64,000 nt of DNA from contig CAKUWP010000001.1 of assembly GCA_934699525.1 (NCBI GenBank), forward strand, positions 61,140-125,139, read 5' to 3'. The notes beneath the pieces were generated by a model. It was not told the DNA's origin. It saw only the letters and a program-made list of their open reading frames with translations, and ran no database searches. Source of the DNA: an uncultured Bacilli bacterium. GTDB taxonomy: Bacteria; Bacillota_I; Bacilli_A; RFN20; CAG-826. A program made the position numbers and the translations under genes. Shown one piece after another: positions 39,343-48,569 of this stretch (position 1 is its first letter; every line of letters starts with the position of its first letter).

Positions 39343-39738
39343 ATGAAAATAGCCCCGCCCCCGTTATTCCTTCTTCTAACGTTAACTACCTTATCATCTG
39401 CTTGCTCTTTCGCAGAAAAACAGGTGAGTTTGACCTTTATTCAGCACACCTTCCTTGAATCTTCATAGGAAGTAAGCGGTGGCTACTACTTTCGGGATGA
39501 TGAATTAGCCAAAACGGTTTTTGAGTACGATCGCGGTTACGAACTAACCCAGGACGATATCGAGGGGTTTGGTTGCTATTCTTTAAATTATGACGTCCCG
39601 GAATTAAACGGGGACGGGTATTTTGCTTTTACCTTTTTCACCACTTCTTTCGATCCAGAAACCGGGTATTCCTGCGATTTCTTACGGCCATGTAAGCTAA
39701 ATAACGACATGACCGTTCATTTTGCAATTTACGGGTAG
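39343..39738 (+). pseudogene. lipoprotein gene interrupted by in-frame TAG (39466-39468)
   Basis: MKIAPPPLFLLLTLTTLSSAC... signal/lipobox, then TAG, then 89 further sense codons in the same frame ending at TAG 39736. Confidence 0.5.
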
Positions 39739-39758
39739 AAAACGGCAGTTGTCTATTT

Positions 39759-40376
39759 TCATAGAGTGCCCTGTGACTTCTCGCGATAGAATAAGGCAAG
39801 CGGAACATCAAAAAATAAAGCAATTCGGTAGATCGTCTGAAACGACCCTTTGTATAAAGCTGCATCGCTGGCGTTATATTTCGATAACGTGGCTTTGCTA
39901 ATCCCCGTTAGGGAACTTAATTTTGGAATCGAGCAGTTTCTTTCTTCGCAAAGAAGCCGCAATATCGTTTTTTCTTGATCTTGCTGGTTAAAATATTCTA
40001 ATAAGGACGAGATATCCATTTCATGATAAATCGAATAAAGTTCCATCATCTTCGTTAATGGCAATTTTAAGAATAAAAGGACAAACGGCTTTCCCGTCCT
40101 CATTCGCAGTTCAAAATAAGAATAGCCACACCAATAAGCGTCATTGTATACGCCAAAGCTTTCGTCCCTATCGATTCTTTGGTTTGTAATATCGAAGAAA
40201 ATTTGCTCCAAGGATCGATTGAAATAATCATCGTATTGTCCTTTTTCCATTTTGCAAACTAGTTCGCTTCTTTCTAGAAATTTCGTAAACGCGGTAAGGT
40301 TCATTTTGTTTTGGACGGTTAAAACAAATAACCTAGAAAACAAATCCTTCACTTTTCTGATATCTAAATTACTCAT
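39759..40376 (-). CDS. hypothetical protein with C-terminal XRE-type HTH; putative antitoxin/regulator partner of the DUF3990-like gene
   Basis: HTH LSSLTGISKATLSKYN; start codon overlaps the stop of the upstream gene (ATGAGTAA). Confidence 0.6.
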   Translation of the reverse strand: MSNLDIRKVKDLFSRLFVLTVQNKMNLTAFTKFLERSELVCKMEKGQYDDYFNRSLEQIFFDITNQRIDRDESFGVYNDAYWCGYSYFELRMRTGKPFVLLFLKLPLTKMMELYSIYHEMDISSLLEYFNQQDQEKTILRLLCEERNCSIPKLSSLTGISKATLSKYNASDAALYKGSFQTIYRIALFFDVPLALFYREKSQGTL

Positions 40377-41025
40377 AATCGGCGATCAAGTCCCTCATCC
40401 TCGTTCCCTTAGAGTAGCGATCCGCGTTTAATAAATCCGCGAAGATCTTATCTGCACCGCTTTTTCTTCTGTAGTAATCTTCCTTAGAGTTTTCAAAAGC
40501 CTCTTGATAGTTTAGAAAACGAACCAAATTAAAGGCTCTTTTTGATATTAAAACGTGTTGTTTTCCAAGGTCGCCGGCCTGAAAAATCTTTTCAAGGGAT
40601 TCCAAGGTGATTTCGCTTCTAACAAAAGATTCGGGGAAACGAAAATAGCTGTCATCTGCACGATATCCAATGACAATGTCAAAACGAGAAATATCAATGA
40701 GGTGCTTTTCTTCTAGATATTTTAATTCTCTTGGAAAATTATCTCTTAAATCCGTGGATAATTCCCGGTTTTGCATGAGCAAAGCAACCCAATATAAAAC
40801 GTTGTTATAGGGTGGGATCGTTAGGTCCAATATTTTTAATCGGTCATCGCGAATGCTGTATTTATTAATATAACCGTGCCCACTTCTTTTTGCCGCCCAT
40901 TCTTTGGCAAGTTCTTTGTTCGAACAGCAATAAAATCCAAGGCCGTAATCATTGTGTGTATTGCCTTTGCCGTGTTCTGGTTTTTCAACAATAAATTCGC
41001 TTCCGTGATAGATAATTCTTTCCAT
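40369..41025 (-). CDS. DUF3990-like protein (putative toxin component)
   Basis: N-terminal IYHGSEFIVEKPEHGKGNTHNDYGLGFYC signature recalled as DUF3990; promoter TTGACA-17-AATAAT upstream. Confidence 0.6.
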   Translation of the reverse strand: MERIIYHGSEFIVEKPEHGKGNTHNDYGLGFYCCSNKELAKEWAAKRSGHGYINKYSIRDDRLKILDLTIPPYNNVLYWVALLMQNRELSTDLRDNFPRELKYLEEKHLIDISRFDIVIGYRADDSYFRFPESFVRSEITLESLEKIFQAGDLGKQHVLISKRAFNLVRFLNYQEAFENSKEDYYRRKSGADKIFADLLNADRYSKGTRMRDLIADYE

Positions 41026-41064
41026 GCCTCTATTATTATTTATGTAGGTGTTTTTGTCAATTTG

Positions 41065-41080
41065 ATATACTGCAGTATAT
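41065..41080. promoter_or_regulatory. perfect 16-bp palindrome ATATACTGCAGTATAT abutting the -35 of the DUF3990 operon promoter (candidate operator)
   Basis: Read directly; -35 TTGACA = minus strand of 41055-41060. Confidence 0.55.
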
Positions 41081-41235
41081 TATTTTCACATTTTTGCATA
41101 CACATCATCAAAAGATTAAAATGGCGAAAAGCTAAGATGAGCTCCTTTTTCACGCGATATCAAAAGGGGGCACTCTCTTTAACTCGTTGCGGCATCCCTC
41201 CCCATTCCGTTAAAATTACGAAAAGAGGTACCACC

Positions 41236-42627
41236 ATGATTGATATCGATGAAATGACGAGGCTTTTAGAAAAGCGACCTTTGGATCTTCTTGTTTATTC
41301 CTTAAAAGACGAAAGGTTCCTCCGCGAAGATGAAATGAAGAAAATGGATCTTTCAAAAGATTAAGAAGGGTTCTGTTATTTATGCGGACCCGAAACTTGT
41401 TACAAGGCCGCCCGCGGCGTATTCCGTAACAAACACCGCGACTTTTTCCCAAAAGCTCCTTCCTCTTATTCCTATAAGAAATGGTTTGAAACCATCGAAG
41501 AAAAGAACCTTGAAAACGAATGGTTTCTAGAGCTTCGTCAAGCCCTGGCGGAGAATTTTACCCAGTTCACCAAACATTATGGACTTCAAGAGACGGAAGC
41601 GCCTGTTTCTTTTTATGAAGAAATCAGGAAAGAACTCGTAACCCTGGAACAAGCTCATTATGAGAAGCGATACAGCGACATGGTTCTTTTTCACCTTCGG
41701 ACCCCTTATGACGTTGTCCCCTTTACGATTTTAGGCAACGCCGGGGACGTCTTCGGCATCAGTTTCTATCCTTGCGACGATGATGCCACCTGCTTTTTAA
41801 GAGCCCAATTAGGCGAAGCCCTACACATGGATCAGCACACCCTCTCCACTTTATCGGATATGCTTTCCTTTTATTTCGAAAAAGAAGGGGAAAATGACAT
41901 GGAAGTCACAGACAACCCCCTTGGAAACGATAACCGTTACACCTCCCTTTATGTGGCAAGCGGCTCCTTTATGAAGGTCTATCTCCCAAAATCCATCGCC
42001 ATCCGTGCCTTGGATTACTTAAAAAAAGCCAATCTCATGATGTCTATTTTCGATAAAACCAAAAGCAAAACCATCGAAGACCATCAATTCTATGATGTTT
42101 ATCTCGATATCGAACGCCCCATTCCCATGGTCTTTGAAAAAGACATCGACGAAGATGCGGATGCCGCTAACCTCTTCCCGATGATCGACCCCGAGGTCTT
42201 TTCGGAAACGAGATACCGTTACGCTACCAGCAAAGAATGGGAGATGACGATTCGTGCATTGCCCAACTATTTCTTCGATTCAGAAGATTCCGTGAAACGG
42301 GGGCATTCTGGTCTCATTTGTCTTGCCTGCGACCGCAAAACGGGGCGCATCGAAATGTATGAAATCGGGGAATGCGCCAATTTCCATCTTTTCGACGACT
42401 TAGTCCAAAGACTAGAAAAGAAATTTAAAGACATCCGGATCCCCAAGAAAATTTACGTGAATACGTATTTGGATTTTGTTTTCTTCCCACTTTTCTTCGA
42501 AAAAGACTTTTTGGACAAGAAAGTGGAGATCATTCCAACAACAAGCGATTTAGTGACCGATGAAGCCTTTGAAAAGATGTTGGAATACTTCTCCATGGCC
42601 GCCGAAGAAGACGTCCATAAGTGTTAA
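41236..42627 (+). pseudogene. hypothetical gene interrupted by in-frame TAA (41362-41364); intact part 41680-42627 is 315 aa
   Basis: ORF MIDIDEMTRLLEKRP... (AAGAGG RBS) runs 42 codons to TAA, then 105 sense codons with protein-like composition and no ATG/GTG/TTG, in frame with the 41680 ORF. Confidence 0.45.
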
Positions 42628-42631
42628 TTCC

Positions 42632-44059
42632 TTAAAAGCGAAATAAATCATCCAAGGTGATAATGTTGGTGAAAACGGAGGAATATTCGTTTTTATAAAT
42701 TCCATAGGTTGTCACCAAGGTATTCCGGATAGAGGCTTTTTTGGAAATTTTTTCTTTCACCGCGTTGGCGCGGCGATTGACCTTTAAGAAGTTTTCGTTA
42801 TCCAATTTGTATAAATCGGAATAAAACTTCATTTCGCAGAGATTGACGACGTTATCTTTTCTAGCCAAGACCATGTCAATCTGCACACCATCATCTTGGG
42901 AATAATAGGCGCTACACGTCGAGCTTACCCCCGATACCCCAAGAGCAAACTTCATTTGATCCACATGATTGAAGCAGACGCGTTCAAAAGAGAAGCCCGC
43001 CCAAGCATTCATTTTGGAATTTGAAATATTTTCGCTGAAATAGTTTTCGTTTTCGACATTGGATTGGCAGAAATTCAAATAGAAAAGGCAGAAGGGATCC
43101 ATTAATTTGTAATAAGCTTCTCGTTTGCTATATCCAAACGGCACGTATTTAACGATGAAGTCGCTGGCCAAAAGACCATTTAAATAATTCGTTAATGTTC
43201 CACCCTCCGATATTTTGGTTCTTGTGGCGATTTCCTTTTTGGTAAAGCCGACGCTATTCGCATAAAGGAGTTTCACGATTTCCTTGGCCTTCTCACTATA
43301 GGTGAATGTGGAACGGAAAAGGCGGTCGAATTCCAGCTTCAATTTGGCGTTATTTTTGAAAAAGAGGTTATCGATATTTTGCGGCAAGGAATATTGGCCT
43401 TCGACGTAATTCAAGTAATAAGGAATTCCGCCGAAAACCATATATGCCATCGTAATGTCATACCGTGAGAGGTGGATGCCTCTGTTTTTAAAGAGTTCTT
43501 CGCATTCGAACAAATCGAAAGGACCCAATTTAATTTCATAAGTAACGCGCCCATAAAGACCGCCATGGTTATTGATGAGGTTATTTTCCATCCACGAGGT
43601 CGCGCTGCCACAAACAATAATCATGAGATTGTCTTTTGCGCATCCATAGGAATTCCAAAATCCTTCCAACGCTTGGATGAAATCCGAACCCCTTGTATCC
43701 ATCCAAGGCAATTCGTCAATAAAGACAACAAGTCGTGAACCATCATCCTTTTGGGTAATGAGTCTTCTTAAAAGAAAGAATGCCTCAAGCCAATTTTTAG
43801 GGGCTTCGCATTCCTCCAGCCCATAAGCGAGAAGGTTGAGATAAAACTGGTTTAATTGTTTGGCCGTCTCTTTGCCCGAATCGCCCTCTTCTTCTGGGGC
43901 CAAACCGGCATGTTTAAAAAGAAATCGATCGGAGAAGACCTGATTAATCAGATAAGTTTTCCCGATTCTTCTTCTCCCATAGACAGCGACTAATTCCGCC
44001 TGTTTGGAACCGTATAGTTTTTCCAGTTCTTGAATTTCTTTTTTTCTGCCAATCATCAT
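42632..44059 (-). CDS. AAA+ ATPase of unknown function (DUF234-type)
   Basis: MMIGRKKEIQELEKL...VYGRRRIGKTYLI P-loop, VFIDELPW Walker B; the ORF-track N-terminal extension is a translated hairpin. Confidence 0.75.
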   Translation of the reverse strand: MMIGRKKEIQELEKLYGSKQAELVAVYGRRRIGKTYLINQVFSDRFLFKHAGLAPEEEGDSGKETAKQLNQFYLNLLAYGLEECEAPKNWLEAFFLLRRLITQKDDGSRLVVFIDELPWMDTRGSDFIQALEGFWNSYGCAKDNLMIIVCGSATSWMENNLINNHGGLYGRVTYEIKLGPFDLFECEELFKNRGIHLSRYDITMAYMVFGGIPYYLNYVEGQYSLPQNIDNLFFKNNAKLKLEFDRLFRSTFTYSEKAKEIVKLLYANSVGFTKKEIATRTKISEGGTLTNYLNGLLASDFIVKYVPFGYSKREAYYKLMDPFCLFYLNFCQSNVENENYFSENISNSKMNAWAGFSFERVCFNHVDQMKFALGVSGVSSTCSAYYSQDDGVQIDMVLARKDNVVNLCEMKFYSDLYKLDNENFLKVNRRANAVKEKISKKASIRNTLVTTYGIYKNEYSSVFTNIITLDDLFRF

Positions 44060-44067
44060 TTCCAAGC

Positions 44068-44108
44068 AATCAGCCACGAAGCAACAAAATTCCGTTTCGT
44101 GGCTGATT
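44068..44108 (-). promoter_or_regulatory. stable hairpin in the 5' leader of the DUF234 ATPase gene (copy 1 of a duplicated palindromic element)
   Basis: AATCAGCCACGAA-15 nt-TTCGTGGCTGATT, 13-bp stem, ends 8 nt before the start codon; downstream of promoter TTGACG-17-GATAAT (44123-44151, minus). Confidence 0.6.
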
Positions 44109-44231
44109 TCCTTTCTAAAGTAATTATCGCTTGAAAGCAACTTAACGTCAATATTTTGGATAATATATAGAATTTATCGTAGTAATTTTGCAAAATAGTG
44201 GTCGATTTATAAAATTTCGTTGAACTTACAA

Positions 44232-44269
44232 GAAAAAGCCACGAAGCAATAAAATTTTGTTTCGTGGCT
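44232..44269 (-). terminator. Rho-independent terminator after the secreted-protein gene (copy 2 of the palindromic element)
   Basis: AGCCACGAA-15 nt-TTCGTGGCT stem followed by TTTTT on the minus strand; sequence near-identical to hairpin 44068-44108. Confidence 0.65.
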
Positions 44270-44330
44270 GATTTGTATGCAATGAATAGATAAATGCAGA
44301 TGATTAAATACGGCAATTATCCGTGTATTT

Positions 44331-46436
44331 TCACGCTTTATTTGGATAGTCCAACGTTCCTGCTAAAAGCGATGGCATGTCCTCATCGGAGATAACGTAG
44401 ATTCCATCCGCCCGGAGATAGGAACCATGACCAAACTCCTGATTAACGCCAGGGGCCCTGTTCCCTCCCCCAATAAAGCCCATGGATGCGGTCCCGTGGC
44501 AGAACACGCAAACTTTTTGGTTCGCAGAGGAGACGAAATGGCCTTCCAGTTTTTGGTATCCGCATCCGCATCTCTTCCAATGCTGGCGATTCGTTTTCCA
44601 TTGGTAAGTGATGTTGTCATGGTGTTCGATGGGGGTGCTGCGCACTTCGATGGATACCGGCTGGAAGCGAGCATATTCCCCGTTTTTGACACGGAAATAC
44701 ACTTTCTCCCCTTCCGCCAGTTCAACATCCAAATGAGCGCCAATGGAACTATGAGAATTGTTCATCATTCCACCTATGTCCGACTGAAGCATTCCTTCAT
44801 CGGTATAGCCAATTGGGGCGGAAGCAAACGTCGCAAGTTCCAGTTGTTCATTTGAGGATTCATAAGGCAGCTCCACACAATATGTTCCCGCCTGTTCCGC
44901 CGTGAATGAGCAGAGAGCATAATCGCCTCGATAAGCATAAATGGAAGACGGGACGTCAACCTTCAACGGTTTGTCTTCGTGGGCAACGTCTGAAAAATCC
45001 GCGATAGGAGCCGTTCTAAGAGGCGTTTGTGGATCCTCTTGGAATTTAAAACCATAGAATCGACCACGCTGAAATACATTGGTCGCGATCTTACGAACGC
45101 AATCATCGGTGTGATTATCCCGTATCCAGTTGAAGTTATCAGCGAGAATATCACCTGTCACTGATGTGTCGATAACAGAACGGGGCCCTTTGGGAAGAGC
45201 TGAGTAGTCCTCTTTCCGCATTTTGTAATAAACGGGGATTTCGATAACGCGATAGCCTATTTGGTCTTCAGATTTTTCCAAAGCGCTAGCCAAATTAATA
45301 AACGTCCTTCTATACGCCTCAACAGTACTCGTCGACGTTAATAAGCGAGGCAATATAAGTTCTAAAATCGCCGCAGCAGCATCCAAGGCATAACTAGCAA
45401 TGGTGGTGATGGTGGATACAAGAGGATTAGGAATATAATTTCCCGCTATCCCTAAAAACTCCGCAGTAACCGTCAGCGTTTTTTCAGTGACGTTGAAAGC
45501 AACGGTGATTTTCTTGTTTTTTAATTCGATGTCTTGCTTTAACGTGGCAAGATAATTAATGAGATCAGCGGCAACCTTTCGAATCACAGAAATTAAATCT
45601 TCATCCCAAAGATAGTACCTAGCAAGTTCCAGGGGTTGGTCTTTGGCGTACTCATATAAGTCATCCAAATAGTACTCTGGACTTGCAATGTTTGCTTGGG
45701 AGTCGTGATGGTAAGCGATGATTGAAGGCCTTTGCAAAACCGCAGCACAGTTGTTAAAGGGAATATCGTTTAGCCACATGGCACCCGCAAGACGCTTATT
45801 AAACATGGCATCCTCCATGTTAAGGCCTTCATATCCATCCCATTGATAATCATCGGTGCTTACAGTAAGGTCATACTGGATTTTGCTTGGTTTTGCACCC
45901 GTGCTTAGATAGTCCAAACTAATGAAATAAGTTCCAGCCTTTGCAAGAAAATCAACAGTTTGAACATTGCCAACCGTATCTTCATCCGATTCGTAAATCC
46001 AAGACAATTGATGATTTAAATTTCCCAAAAATTCATAACTTGATTCATCGTTTGTTTGGAAAATTTCATAATTGTATTGTCTTACGGCGAGATGGATGGG
46101 TTGTTCCGCACTCACTCTGACGTGAACCGGAGTATCCGTCATGCATTTGATATAAAAATTATCTAGGTCACCGGAATAAGATTTACGCTCCAAGACCCCA
46201 TGGGCTTCTGATGTGTAAAGAAAAGAGGACAAATAGGAGTCAGGGGTCATGCAAACAGCAGTATCCAAGGTGTTGTTGTTTTCATAATGATCCTCGACAT
46301 GGAGTTGAGGCGTTCTCTCCGGAGGTATGAAATGTTCGCGATAAGTATTGGAGCCCGTTCCCTCATCGGCAACCGCCGTAGGGACGGACGCCATGGAAAT
46401 ACTGGCCGCTAATAACGTAGCAAAAATACCGAGCAT
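44331..46436 (-). CDS. secreted hypothetical protein (701 aa) with signal peptide and C-terminal Cys/His cluster
   Basis: MLGIFATLLAASISMASVPTAVA signal peptide; C-terminal WKRCGCGYQKLEGHFVSSANQKVCVFCHG; no family recognised. Confidence 0.65.
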   Translation of the reverse strand: MLGIFATLLAASISMASVPTAVADEGTGSNTYREHFIPPERTPQLHVEDHYENNNTLDTAVCMTPDSYLSSFLYTSEAHGVLERKSYSGDLDNFYIKCMTDTPVHVRVSAEQPIHLAVRQYNYEIFQTNDESSYEFLGNLNHQLSWIYESDEDTVGNVQTVDFLAKAGTYFISLDYLSTGAKPSKIQYDLTVSTDDYQWDGYEGLNMEDAMFNKRLAGAMWLNDIPFNNCAAVLQRPSIIAYHHDSQANIASPEYYLDDLYEYAKDQPLELARYYLWDEDLISVIRKVAADLINYLATLKQDIELKNKKITVAFNVTEKTLTVTAEFLGIAGNYIPNPLVSTITTIASYALDAAAAILELILPRLLTSTSTVEAYRRTFINLASALEKSEDQIGYRVIEIPVYYKMRKEDYSALPKGPRSVIDTSVTGDILADNFNWIRDNHTDDCVRKIATNVFQRGRFYGFKFQEDPQTPLRTAPIADFSDVAHEDKPLKVDVPSSIYAYRGDYALCSFTAEQAGTYCVELPYESSNEQLELATFASAPIGYTDEGMLQSDIGGMMNNSHSSIGAHLDVELAEGEKVYFRVKNGEYARFQPVSIEVRSTPIEHHDNITYQWKTNRQHWKRCGCGYQKLEGHFVSSANQKVCVFCHGTASMGFIGGGNRAPGVNQEFGHGSYLRADGIYVISDEDMPSLLAGTLDYPNKA

Positions 46437-46457
46437 ATTTATCTCCTTTCAATCGTT

Positions 46458-47330
46458 CTATAGTGGCAAATTATAAAAATTTGCAAACATAAATTCGGGG
46501 AAGGGATACTTTTCCAAATGGGTCCCTTTTTGAGGAACCTCGAAATCCGGTGCAACTTCAAGATAGGCAAAATCATAGGTTTCCCTTTCTCCGTCTATGA
46601 TCATCTCGTCGGCATCGTTAAGTCCTTTGCCTGAGCCTTCCCCCCGGTAACTTATATTGTGAATGTAGTTAAATTTGGAATCAAAAGAAAACAAAGTTTC
46701 CATAGAATAGGCAAACGTATATGAGTTGTTTGATCCGGCGGACTTATCGGTCATTTTCAAGACTTTATCAGAATCCGAAAAGGAATAGTTTTGCCTCTCC
46801 TTGGGGATTAAATACGATTCCGCCCAAGAGTTTCGAAAATCGATTTTTTCACAAGGCCCATATAAAATTTTTGTTTTAGGCACATCGGGTTCATAGGACA
46901 TCCACTTCGTTTGTTCGATGGAAAACTGCCCTTCTTTCACATGGATGGAGGACACCGCTTTCATCGGCATGTCATAAGAAGGATATTCTTGTTCATAATA
47001 ATAATGAGCATCCAATCCCGTTACGTATCCAAAAGGCCCGATTTGGCCAAAATCGACCCCTGCTTGCCGCCACTCGATCTGCACAGCAACCTTTTCCTCA
47101 ACGTGAAAAAAGACCGATTTCTCCTCATTGCTCGGAACAAGATAAAAAACATCGCGGGTAGCTTTCCCTTGATACCACCCATCCCTCATTCGATAGAACC
47201 CATAGGGGCTGGGCTCATTTTGAATGGTCTCCCAATAGGGCGCAGCTGAATCAAAGTGGCTTTGTTGCCCGCAGGAAGGCAGCAAAATAGAGGTTGCCAA
47301 CAATGGTATAACTTGTCTTTTTTTAACCAT
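46458..47330 (-). CDS. hypothetical lipoprotein, co-operonic with the secreted protein
   Basis: Signal peptide + lipobox LLPSC; GGAGG RBS; 21-nt gap to downstream gene. Confidence 0.65.
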   Translation of the reverse strand: MVKKRQVIPLLATSILLPSCGQQSHFDSAAPYWETIQNEPSPYGFYRMRDGWYQGKATRDVFYLVPSNEEKSVFFHVEEKVAVQIEWRQAGVDFGQIGPFGYVTGLDAHYYYEQEYPSYDMPMKAVSSIHVKEGQFSIEQTKWMSYEPDVPKTKILYGPCEKIDFRNSWAESYLIPKERQNYSFSDSDKVLKMTDKSAGSNNSYTFAYSMETLFSFDSKFNYIHNISYRGEGSGKGLNDADEMIIDGERETYDFAYLEVAPDFEVPQKGTHLEKYPFPEFMFANFYNLPL

Positions 47331-47552
47331 ATACGTCCTCCGTTGATGAGATTATTTAATTTTGAAAACCATCCATTTTTTTGCAACTAATTTTTTATGC
47401 ACAATTTTTAAAGCAAAAAACAGTCACTTCTCCCTATGCTCGCATTCTGAAATAATAGAAATTGCCGTCTTTTTAATTTATCCGTTTGAATCCAAAAGTA
47501 AAAAAATGCGACCAACACTGCCTATTTCATTTTTATCCCCGTTTAGTGAAAA

Positions 47553-47592
47553 AAATAAAATAGGAAGGCTTTATCATGCCCTCCTATTTTCA
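47553..47592 (-). terminator. Rho-independent terminator after manA
   Basis: Minus strand AATAGGAGGGC-atgataaa-GCCTTCCTATT followed by TTATTTTTTTC. Confidence 0.6.
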
Positions 47593-47617
47593 AAATATGC
47601 CGATAAGAGGCATCGCA

Positions 47618-48520
47618 TTAACGAACAAAGGTTTTAATATAGGTCACGGGTTCATCCGCTTCGATCGTTGCTTCTTTTCCAGCCGGAAGGAAGAAGGTAT
47701 CTAGGGCAGTAAAGGGGATCCCATTGAGTTTCCCTTTGCCTTCGACAAAGGTCACGGAGATAAAGGAGCCCGGTTCTGGATGAATCGATAAATCCGAAAC
47801 GCGTTCCGAGACAAAATATTCGCACTCTCCAATAATGGGGGAAGGGAAGGATAAGGGATGATAGGGATGGGTATCGATGACCTTCAAGGCTTTTTCTAGA
47901 TGCAACTGGCGGGGTTTGCCATCTTTGCCTAGACGGTGATAGTCGTATAAGCGATAGGTGAGGTTGCTATTTTGCTGAATCTCAATCAAGGTGACGCCTT
48001 TTCCAATCGCATGAATCGTTCCACTGGGAATGAAATAAGATTCCCCTGGTTGGACTTCATAGAAATTCAATAACGACATAATGGTGTCGTTATTTACCGC
48101 CTCACGAATTTCTTCTAGGCTCGTTTCTTTCTTTAATCCTACGTATAGCCCCGCGCCTTTTTCGGCATGGAGAATATGCCACATCTCCGTTTTGCCAAAA
48201 CTATTCTCGTTTTTTAAAGCATAGGCATCGCTAGGATGAACCTGAACGGAAAGGTTCCCCGCAGAATCAATGAGCTTAATGAGCACAGGGAAGAAGGGGA
48301 AACGGGAAGCCCGTTCTCCGATATCTTCTTTGGTGGCCACTTCTTTTAATGTTTTGCCCTTCTCGGGTCCCGAAGCAATGCGGCAAGGGCCATCTGGATG
48401 AAAGGAAAGTTCCCAGCATTCCGCAAGGACATCCCCTTGGATGGGTTTTCCCGCTTCTTTTAAGCGGCACCCGCCCCAAAGATAATCTTTCGTCGCCGGC
48501 ACTAATTTCACGATATCCAT
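47618..48520 (-). CDS. manA: mannose-6-phosphate isomerase, class I (short Bacillus type)
   Basis: YLWGG, VQVHPSD, GKTEMWHIL, SGTIHA, QQNSNLTYRLYDY motifs. Confidence 0.85.
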   Translation of the reverse strand: MDIVKLVPATKDYLWGGCRLKEAGKPIQGDVLAECWELSFHPDGPCRIASGPEKGKTLKEVATKEDIGERASRFPFFPVLIKLIDSAGNLSVQVHPSDAYALKNENSFGKTEMWHILHAEKGAGLYVGLKKETSLEEIREAVNNDTIMSLLNFYEVQPGESYFIPSGTIHAIGKGVTLIEIQQNSNLTYRLYDYHRLGKDGKPRQLHLEKALKVIDTHPYHPLSFPSPIIGECEYFVSERVSDLSIHPEPGSFISVTFVEGKGKLNGIPFTALDTFFLPAGKEATIEADEPVTYIKTFVR

Positions 48521-48569
48521 AATAATCTCCGTTTATCTTGTTATTATAACGTAAACGATCAAAGCAAAA

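Noticed and set aside
40876-41364. 162-aa + strand ORF
   Set aside because: Overlaps the DUF3990-like gene on the opposite strand over most of its length; its 3' part coincides with the better-supported small ORF starting at 41236.
44056-44316. 86-aa minus-strand ORF with internal repeat SATKQNFIASWL / SATKRNFVASWL
   Set aside because: It is the translation of the two palindromic hairpin copies; AT-rich intergenic DNA, not a gene.
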